Assembly (NCBI RefSeq): GCF_009914755.1
Contig: NC_060942.1
Direction: 5' to 3' (one strand)
Length of the DNA stretch: 64,000 bases
Source: the human T2T-CHM13v2.0 reference genome, Homo sapiens
The notes beneath the pieces were generated by a model that ran no database searches, was not told the DNA's origin, and saw only the letters and a list, made by a program, of their open reading frames with translations. The translations under genes were made by a program, and so were the position numbers. Below, piece by piece: positions 55,195-64,000 of the stretch (positions are counted from its first letter, which is position 1; the number at the start of each line of letters is the position of its first letter).

Positions 55195-58100
55195 ATACAT
55201 ATAAAAAGCACACAGCAGCGTTCTGAGAAACTGCTTTCTGATGTTTGCATTCAAGTCAAAAGTTGAACACTCCCTTTCATAGAGCAGTCCTGAAACACCC
55301 CTTTTGTAGTATCTGGAACTGGACTTTTGGTGCGATTTCAGGGCTAAGGTGAAAAAGGAAATATCTTCCCATAAAAACTGGACAGAAGCATTCTCAGAAA
55401 CTTGGTTATGCTGTATCTACTCAACTAACAAAGTTGAACCTTTCTTTTGATAGAGCAGTTTTGAAATGGTCTTTTTGTGGAATCTGCAAGTGGATATTTG
55501 GCTAGTTTTGAGGATTTCGTTGGAAGCGGGAATTCATACAAATTGCAGACTGCAGCGTTCTGAGAAACATCTTTGTGATGTTTGTATTCAGGACACAGAG
55601 TTGAACATTCCCTATCATAGAGCAGGTTGGAATCACTCCTTTTGTAGTATCTGGAAGTGGACATTTGGAGCGCTTTCAGGCCTATTTTGGAAAGGGAAAT
55701 ATCTTCCCGTAACAACTATGCAGAAGCATTCTCAGAAACTTGTTTGTGATGTGTGCCCTCTACTGACAGAGTTGAACCTTTCTTTTCATAGAGCAGTTTT
55801 GAAACACTCTTTTTGTAGAATCTGCAAGAGGATATTTGCATAGCTTTGAGGATTTCGTGGGAAACGGGATTGTCTTCAGGTAAAATCTAGACAGAAGCAT
55901 TCTCAGAAACTTCTTTGGGATGTTTGCATTCAAGTCACAGAGTAGAACATTCCCTTTGGTAGAGCAGGTTTGAAACACTCTTTTTGTAGTATCTGGAAGT
56001 GGACATTTGGAGCGCTTTCAGGCCCATGTTGGAAAGGGAAATATCTTCCCGTAACAACTAGGCAGAAGCATTCTCAGAAACTTATTTGAGATGTGTGTAC
56101 TCAACTAAGAGAATTGAACCACCGTTTTGAAGGAGCAGTTTTGAAACACTCTTTTTCTGGAATCTGCAAGAGTATATTTGCCTAGCCTTGAGGATTTCGT
56201 TGGAAACGGGATTGTCTTCAGAGAAAATCTAGACAGAAGCATTCTCAGAAACTTCTTTGGGATGTTTGCATTCAAGTCACAGAGTAGAACATTCCCTTTG
56301 GTAGAGCAGGTTTGAAACACTCTTTTTGTAGTATCTGGAAGTGGACATTTGGAGCGCTTTCAGGCCTACGTTGGAAAAGGAAATATCTTCCCATAACAAC
56401 TAGACAGAAGCATTCTCAGAAACTAGTTTCTGATGTGTGTCCTCAACTAACACAGTTGAACATTTCTTTAGACAGAACAGTTTTGAAACACTCTTTTTGT
56501 GGAATCTGCAAGTGGCTATTTGGCTAGATTTGAGGATTTCGTTGGAAACGGGATTACATATAAAAAGCAGTCAGCAGCATTCTCAGAAAGTTCTTTGTGA
56601 TGATTGCATTCAAGTCACAGAATTGAACATTCCCTTTCACAGAGCAGGTTTGAAACACTCTTTTTGTAGTGTGTGTAAGTGGACATTTGGAGCACTTACC
56701 GGCCTAAGGTGAAAAAGGAAATATCTTCCCATAAAAACTAGACAGAAGCATTCTCAGAAACTTACTCGTGATGTGTGTCCTCAACTAAAGGAGTAGAACC
56801 TTTCTTTTCATAGAGAAGTTTTGAAACGCTCTTTTTGTGGAATCTGCAAGTGGATATTTGGCTAGTTTTGAGGATTTCGTTGGAAGCGGGAATTCATACA
56901 AATTGCAGACTGCAGCGTTCTGAGAAACATCTTTGTGATGTTTGTATTCAGGACACAGAGTTGAACATTCCCTATCATAGAGCAGGTTTGAATCACTCCT
57001 TTTGTAGTATCTGGAAGTGGACATTTGGAGCGCTTTCAGGCCTATGTTGGAAAAGGAAATATCTTCCCATAACAACTAGACAGAAGCATTCTCAGAAACT
57101 TATTTGAGATGTGTGTACTCAACTAAGAGAATTGAACCACCGTTTTGAAGGAGCAGTTTTGAAACTCTCTTTTTCTGGAATCTGCAAGTGGATATTTGGC
57201 TAGCTTTGGGGATTTCGCTGGAAGCGGGAATACATATAAAAAGCACACAGCAGCGTTCTGAGAAACTGCTTTCTGATGTTTGCATTCAAGTCAAAAGTTG
57301 AACACTCCCTTTCATAGAGCAGTCTTGAAACACCCCTTTTGTAGTATCTGGAACTGGACTTTTGGAGCGATTTCAGGGCTAAGGTGAAAAAGGAAATATC
57401 TTCCCATAAAAACTGGACAGAAGCATTCTCAGAAACTTGTTTATGCTGTATCTACTCAACTAACAAAGTTGAACCTTTCTTTTGATAGAGCAGTTTTGAA
57501 ATGGTCTTTTTGTGGAATCTGCAAGTGGATATTTGGCTAGTTTTGAGGATTTCGTTGGAAGCGGGAATTCATACAAATTGCAGACTGCAGCGTTCTGAGA
57601 AACATCTTTGTGATGTTTGTATTCAGGACACAGAGTTGAACATTCCCTATCATAGAGCAGGTTGGAATCACTCCTTTTGTAGTATCTGGAAGTGGACATT
57701 TGGAGCGCTTTCAGGCCTATTTTGGAAAGGGAAATATCTTCCCGTAACAACTATGCAGAAGCATTCTCAGAAACTTGTTTGTGATGTGTGCCCTCTACTG
57801 ACAGAGTTGAACCTTTCTTTTCATAGAGCAGTTTTGAAACACTCTTTTTGTAGAATCTGCAAGAGGATATTTGCATAGCTTTGAGGATTTCGTGGGAAAC
57901 GGGATTGTCTTCAGGTAAAATCTAGACAGAAGCATTCTCAGAAACTTCTTTGGGATGTTTGCATTCAAGTCACAGAGTAGAACATTCCCTTTGGTAGAGC
58001 AGGTTTGAAACACTCTTTTTGTAGTATCTGGAAGTGGACATTTGGAGCGCTTTCAGGCCCATGTTGGAAAGGGAAATATCTTCCCGTAACAACTAGGCAG

Positions 58101-60138
58101 AAGCATTCTCAGAAACTTATTTGAGATGTGTGTACTCAACTAAGAGAATTGAACCACCGTTTTGAAGGAGCAGTTTTGAAACACTCTTTTTCTGGAATCT
58201 GCAAGAGTATATTTGCCTAGCCTTGAGGATTTCGTTGGAAACGGGATTGTCTTCAGAGAAAATCTAGACAGAAGCATTCTCAGAAACTTCTTTGGGATGT
58301 TTGCATTCAAGTCACAGAGTAGAACATTCCCTTTGGTAGAGCAGGTTTGAAACACTCTTTTTTTAGTATCTGGAAGTGGACATTTGGAGCGCTTTCAGGC
58401 CTACGTTGGAAAAGGAAATATCTTCCCATAACAACTAGACAGAAGCATTCTCAGAAACTAGTTTCTGATGTGTGTCCTCAACTAACACAGTTGAACATTT
58501 CTTTAGACAGAACAGTTTTGAAACACTCTTTTTGTGGAATCTGCAAGTGGCTATTTGGCTAGATTTGAGGATTTCGTTGGAAACGGGATTACATATAAAA
58601 AGCAGTCAGCAGCATTCTCAGAAAGTTCTTTGTGATGATTGCATTCAAGTCACAGAATTGAACATTCCCTTTCACAGAGCAGGTTTGAAACACTCTTTTT
58701 GTAGTGTGTGTAAGTGGACATTTGGAGCACTTACCGGCCTAAGGTGAAAAAGGAAATATCTTCCCATAAAAACTAGACAGAAGCATTCTCAGAAACTTAC
58801 TCGTGATGTGTGTCCTCAACTAAAGGAGTAGAACCTTTCTTTTCATAGAGAAGTTTTGAAACGCTCTTTTTGTGGAATCTGCAAGTGGATATTTGGCTAG
58901 TTTTGAGGATTTCGTTGGAAGCGGGAATTCATACAAATTGCAGACTGCAGCGTTCTGAGAAACATCTTTGTGATGTTTGTATTCAGGACACAGAGTTGAA
59001 CATTCCCTATCATAGAGCAGGTTGGAATCACTCCTTTTGTAGTATCTGGAAGTGGACATTTGGAGCGCTTTCAGGCCTATGTTGGAAAAGGAAATATCTT
59101 CCCATAACAACTAGACAGAAGCATTCTCAGAAACTTATTTGAGATGTGTGTACTCAACTAAGAGAATTGAACCACCGTTTTGAAGGAGCAGTTTTGAAAC
59201 ACTCTTTTTCTGGAATCTGCAAGTGGATATTTGGCTAGCTTTGGGGATTTCGCTGGAAGCGGGAATACATATAAAAAGCACACAGCAGCGTTCTGAGAAA
59301 CTGCTTTCTGATGTTTGCATTCAAGTCAAAAGTTGAACACTCCCTTTCATAGAGCAGTCTTGAAACACCCCTTTTGTAGTATCTGGAACTGGACTTTTGG
59401 AGCGATTTCAGGGCTAAGGTGAAAAAGGAAATATCTTCCCATAAAAACTGGACAGAAGCATTCTCAGAAACTTGGTTATGCTGTATCTACTCAACTAACA
59501 AAGTTGAACCTTTCTTTTGATAGAGCAGTTTTGAAATGGTCTTTTTGTGGAATCTGCAAGTGGATATTTGGCTAGTTTTGAGGATTTCGTTGGAAGCGGG
59601 AATTCATACAAATTGCAGACTGCAGCGTTCTGAGAAACATCTTTGTGATGTTTGTATTCAGGACACAGAGTTGAACATTCCCTATCATAGAGCAGGTTGG
59701 AATCACTCCTTTTGTAGTATCTGGAAGTGGACATTTGGAGCGCTTTCAGGCCTATTTTGGAAAGGGAAATATCTTCCCGTAACAACTATGCAGAAGCATT
59801 CTCAGAAACTTGTTTGTGATGTGTGCCCTCTACTGACAGAGTTGAACCTTTCTTTTCATAGAGCAGTTTTGAAACACTCTTTTTGTAGAATCTGCAAGAG
59901 GATATTTGCATAGCTTTGAGGATTTCGTGGGAAACGGGATTGTCTTCAGGTAAAATCTAGACAGAAGCATTCTCAGAAACTTCTTTGGGATGTTTGCATT
60001 CAAGTCACAGAGTAGAACATTCCCTTTGGTAGAGCAGGTTTGAAACACTCTTTTTGTAGTATCTGGAAGTGGACATTTGGAGCGCTTTCAGGCCCATGTT
60101 GGAAAGGGAAATATCTTCCCGTAACAACTAGGCAGAAG

Positions 60139-61156
60139 CATTCTCAGAAACTTATTTGAGATGTGTGTACTCAACTAAGAGAATTGAACCACCGTTTTGA
60201 AGGAGCAGTTTTGAAACACTCTTTTTCTGGAATCTGCAAGAGTATATTTGCCTAGCCTTGAGGATTTCGTTGGAAACGGGATTGTCTTCAGAGAAAATCT
60301 AGACAGAAGCATTCTCAGAAACTTCTTTGGGATGTTTGCATTCAAGTCACAGAGTAGAACATTCCCTTTGGTAGAGCAGGTTTGAAACACTCTTTTTGTA
60401 GTATCTGGAAGTGGACATTTGGAGCGCTTTCAGGCCTACGTTGGAAAAGGAAATATCTTCCCATAACAACTAGACAGAAGCATTCTCAGAAACTAGTTTC
60501 TGATGTGTGTCCTCAACTAACACAGTTGAACATTTCTTTAGACAGAACAGTTTTGAAACACTCTTTTTGTGGAATCTGCAAGTGGCTATTTGGCTAGATT
60601 TGAGGATTTCGTTGGAAACGGGATTACATATAAAAAGCAGTCAGCAGCATTCTCAGAAAGTTCTTTGTGATGATTGCATTCAAGTCACAGAATTGAACAT
60701 TCCCTTTCACAGAGCAGGTTTGAAACACTCTTTTTGTAGTGTGTGTAAGTGGACATTTGGAGCACTTACCGGCCTAAGGTGAAAAAGGAAATATCTTCCC
60801 ATAAAAACTAGACAGAAGCATTCTCAGAAACTTACTCGTGATGTGTGTCCTCAACTAAAGGAGTAGAACCTTTCTTTTCATAGAGAAGTTTTGAAACGCT
60901 CTTTTTGTGGAATCTGCAAGTGGATATTTGGCTAGTTTTGAGGATTTCGTTGGAAGCGGGAATTCATACAAATTGCAGACTGCAGCGTTCTGAGAAACAT
61001 CTTTGTGATGTTTGTATTCAGGACACAGAGTTGAACATTCCCTATCATAGAGCAGGTTGGAATCACTCCTTTTGTAGTATCTGGAAGTGGACATTTGGAG
61101 CGCTTTCAGGCCTATGTTGGAAAAGGAAATATCTTCCCATAACAACTAGACAGAAG
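60139..61156 (+). repeat. 6-mer HOR structural variant 2 (m1-m6, 1018 bp)
   Basis: Period of 1018 (ORF 60175 to 61193). The m6 end (AACTAGACAG, A at 61150) is followed by a monomer that continues as m1 (GCAAGAGTATATTTGCC at 61254-61270). Confidence 0.95.
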
Positions 61157-64000
61157 CATTCTCAGAAACTTATTTGAGATGTGTGTACTCAACTAAGAGA
61201 ATTGAACCACCGTTTTGAAGGAGCAGTTTTGAAACACTCTTTTTCTGGAATCTGCAAGAGTATATTTGCCTAGCCTTGAGGATTTCGTTGGAAACGGGAT
61301 TGTCTTCAGAGAAAATCTAGACAGAAGCATTCTCAGAAACTTCTTTGGGATGTTTGCATTCAAGTCACAGAGTAGAACATTCCCTTTGGTAGAGCAGGTT
61401 TGAAACACTCTTTTTGTAGTATCTGGAAGTGGACATTTGGAGCGCTTTCAGGCCTACGTTGGAAAAGGAAATATCTTCCCATAACAACTAGACAGAAGCA
61501 TTCTCAGAAACTAGTTTCTGATGTGTGTCCTCAACTAACACAGTTGAACATTTCTTTAGACAGAACAGTTTTGAAACACTCTTTTTGTGGAATCTGCAAG
61601 TGGCTATTTGGCTAGATTTGAGGATTTCGTTGGAAACGGGATTACATATAAAAAGCAGTCAGCAGCATTCTCAGAAAGTTCTTTGTGATGATTGCATTCA
61701 AGTCACAGAATTGAACATTCCCTTTCACAGAGCAGGTTTGAAACACTCTTTTTGTAGTGTGTGTAAGTGGACATTTGGAGCACTTACCGGCCTAAGGTGA
61801 AAAAGGAAATATCTTCCCATAAAAACTAGACAGAAGCATTCTCAGAAACTTACTCGTGATGTGTGTCCTCAACTAAAGGAGTAGAACCTTTCTTTTCATA
61901 GAGAAGTTTTGAAACGCTCTTTTTGTGGAATCTGCAAGTGGATATTTGGCTAGTTTTGAGGATTTCGTTGGAAGCGGGAATTCATACAAATTGCAGACTG
62001 CAGCGTTCTGAGAAACATCTTTGTGATGTTTGTATTCAGGACACAGAGTTGAACATTCCCTATCATAGAGCAGGTTTGAATCACTCCTTTTGTAGTATCT
62101 GGAAGTGGACATTTGGAGCGCTTTCAGGCCTATGTTGGAAAAGGAAATATCTTCCCATAACAACTAGACAGAAGCATTCTCAGAAACTTATTTGAGATGT
62201 GTGTACTCAACTAAGAGAATTGAACCACCGTTTTGAAGGAGCAGTTTTGAAACACTCTTTTTCTGGAATCTGCAAGTGGATATTTGGCTAGCTTTGGGGA
62301 TTTCGCTGGAAGCGGGAATACATATAAAAAGCACACAGCAGCGTTCTGAGAAACTGCTTTCTGATGTTTGCATTCAAGTCAAAAGTTGAACACTCCCTTT
62401 CATAGAGCAGTCTTGAAACACCCCTTTTGTAGTATCTGGAACTGGACTTTTGGAGCGATTTCAGGGCTAAGGTGAAAAAGGAAATATCTTCCCATAAAAA
62501 CTGGACAGAAGCATTCTCAGAAACTTGTTTATGCTGTATCTACTCAACTAACAAAGTTGAACCTTTCTTTTGATAGAGCAGTTTTGAAATGGTCTTTTTG
62601 TGGAATCTGCAAGTGGATATTTGGCTAGTTTTGAGGATTTCGTTGGAAGCGGGAATTCATACAAATTGCAGACTGCAGCGTTCTGAGAAACATCTTTGTG
62701 ATGTTTGTATTCAGGACACAGAGTTGAACATTCCCTATCATAGAGCAGGTTGGAATCACTCCTTTTGTAGTATCTGGAAGTGGACATTTGGAGCGCTTTC
62801 AGGCCTATTTTGGAAAGGGAAATATCTTCCCGTAACAACTATGCAGAAGCATTCTCAGAAACTTGTTTGTGATGTGTGCCCTCTACTGACAGAGTTGAAC
62901 CTTTCTTTTCATAGAGCAGTTTTGAAACACTCTTTTTGTAGAATCTGCAAGAGGATATTTGCATAGCTTTGAGGATTTCGTGGGAAACGGGATTGTCTTC
63001 AGGTAAAATCTAGACAGAAGCATTCTCAGAAACTTCTTTGGGATGTTTGCATTCAAGTCACAGAGTAGAACATTCCCTTTGGTAGAGCAGGTTTGAAACA
63101 CTCTTTTTGTAGTATCTGGAAGTGGACATTTGGAGCGCTTTCAGGCCCATGTTGGAAAGGGAAATATCTTCCCGTAACAACTAGGCAGAAGCATTCTCAG
63201 AAACTTATTTGAGATGTGTGTACTCAACTAAGAGAATTGAACCACCGTTTTGAAGGAGCAGTTTTGAAACACTCTTTTTCTGGAATCTGCAAGAGGATAT
63301 TTGCCTAGCCTTGAGGATTTCGTTGGAAACGGGATTGTCTTCAGAGAAAATCTAGACAGAAGCATTCTCAGAAACTTCTTTGGGATGCTTGCATTCAAGT
63401 CACAGAGTAGAACATTCCCTTTGGTAGAGCAGGTTTGAAACACTCTTTTTGTAGTATCTGGAAGTGGACATTTGGAGCGCTTTCAGGCCTACGTTGGAAA
63501 AGGAAATATCTTCCCATAACAACTAGACAGAAGCATTCTCAGAAACTAGTTTCTGATGTGTGTCCTCAACTAACACAGTTGAACATTTCTTTAGACAGAA
63601 CAGTTTTGAAACACTCTTTTTGTGGAATCTGCAAGTGGCTATTTGGCTAGATTTGAGGATTTCGTTGGAAACGGGATTACATATAAAAAGCAGTCAGCAG
63701 CATTCTCAGAAAGTTCTTTGTGATGATTGCATTCAAGTCACAGAATTGAACATTCCCTTTCACAGAGCAGGTTTGAAACACTCTTTTTGTAGTGTGTGTA
63801 AGTGGACATTTGGAGCACTTACCGGCCTAAGGTGAAAAAGGAAATATCTTCCCATAAAAACTAGACAGAAGCATTCTCAGAAACTTACTCGTGATGTGTG
63901 TCCTCAACTAAAGGAGTAGAACCTTTCTTTTCATAGAGAAGTTTTGAAACGCTCTTTTTGTGGAATCTGCAAGTGGATATTTGGCTAGTTTTGAGGATTT
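61157..64000 (+). repeat. One full 12-mer HOR (61157-63191) plus a partial unit running off the window end
   Basis: Next unit start at 63192 = 61157 + 2035. Confidence 0.95.

Larger units (their letters stand above)
45894..60138 (+). repeat. Block of 7 full-length 12-mer HORs with higher SNV density
   Basis: 2035-bp period from 45894 to 60139; several shared and private substitutions. Confidence 0.95.
1..64000 (+). repeat. Centromeric alpha-satellite higher-order-repeat array (12-mer, 2035 bp), dimeric SF2-type; most likely human chromosome 18 D18Z1
   Basis: 167-171-bp monomers with alphoid motifs (CATTCTCAGAAAC, TTTGAAACACTCTTTTTG, GGAAATATCTTCCC). Exact 2035-bp periodicity, seen in the ORF track (142, 2177, 4212...). 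CENP-B box in every second monomer. EcoRI sites at 927 and 1602 give 675/1360-bp fragments, matching the recalled D18Z1 0.68/1.36-kb pattern. Alpha-satellite identity is near certain; the chr18 assignment is about 0.85. Confidence 0.98.

Noticed and set aside
18919-55331. Isolated private substitutions (G>C 18919, C>A 40668, A>T 55331)
   Set aside because: They are single-copy changes outside known motifs, useful only as mapping markers and not distinguishable from sequencing error without reads.
142-63835. Hundreds of 61-125 aa ORFs on both strands, some Cys/His-rich
   Set aside because: They recur with the 2035-bp period, overlap on both strands and often begin at TTG/GTG rather than ATG. 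They are simply translations of alpha-satellite monomers, with no recognisable domain or gene structure.
1-64000. CRISPR-like array (recurring CAGAAGCATTCTCAGAAAC with intervening sequence)
   Set aside because: The intervening sequences are mutually homologous 171-bp satellite monomers that repeat identically each HOR, not unique spacers. No cas genes or leader are present.
1-64000. Hidden insertion (L1/Alu/other), inversion or non-satellite island
   Set aside because: Unit starts are fully explained by 2035-bp and 1018-bp steps across the window and orientation never changes, leaving no room for inserted sequence.

Overview
The whole 64-kb window is eukaryotic centromeric alpha-satellite DNA with no genes. 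It is one uninterrupted, single-orientation array of a 12-monomer, 2035-bp higher-order repeat (HOR). CENP-B-box monomers alternate with pJalpha-type monomers, giving a box every 337-342 bp. The dimeric organisation, the 12-mer period and the EcoRI spacing of 675 + 1360 bp best match the human chromosome 18 active array D18Z1 (suprachromosomal family 2); this assignment comes from recalled family knowledge, not a database search. Phasing monomers on CATTCTCAGAAA, the layout is: a partial unit (1-105), 22 full 12-mers (106-44875), a 1018-bp 6-mer variant (44876-45893), 7 full 12-mers (45894-60138), a second 6-mer (60139-61156), one 12-mer (61157-63191) and a partial unit (63192-64000). All ORFs in the track are repeat artefacts. 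I found no evidence for a new coding or mobile system. The interesting signal is the array's evolutionary record. Both 6-mers break inside the same 108-bp intra-HOR homology block but carry different flanking alleles. SNVs recur at 2-HOR and 4-HOR spacings, divergence rises from left to right, several variant alleles match the internal paralogous monomer, and two CENP-B boxes are knocked out by CpG>CpA changes. Variants were found by eye with help from the ORF track, so some may have been missed.
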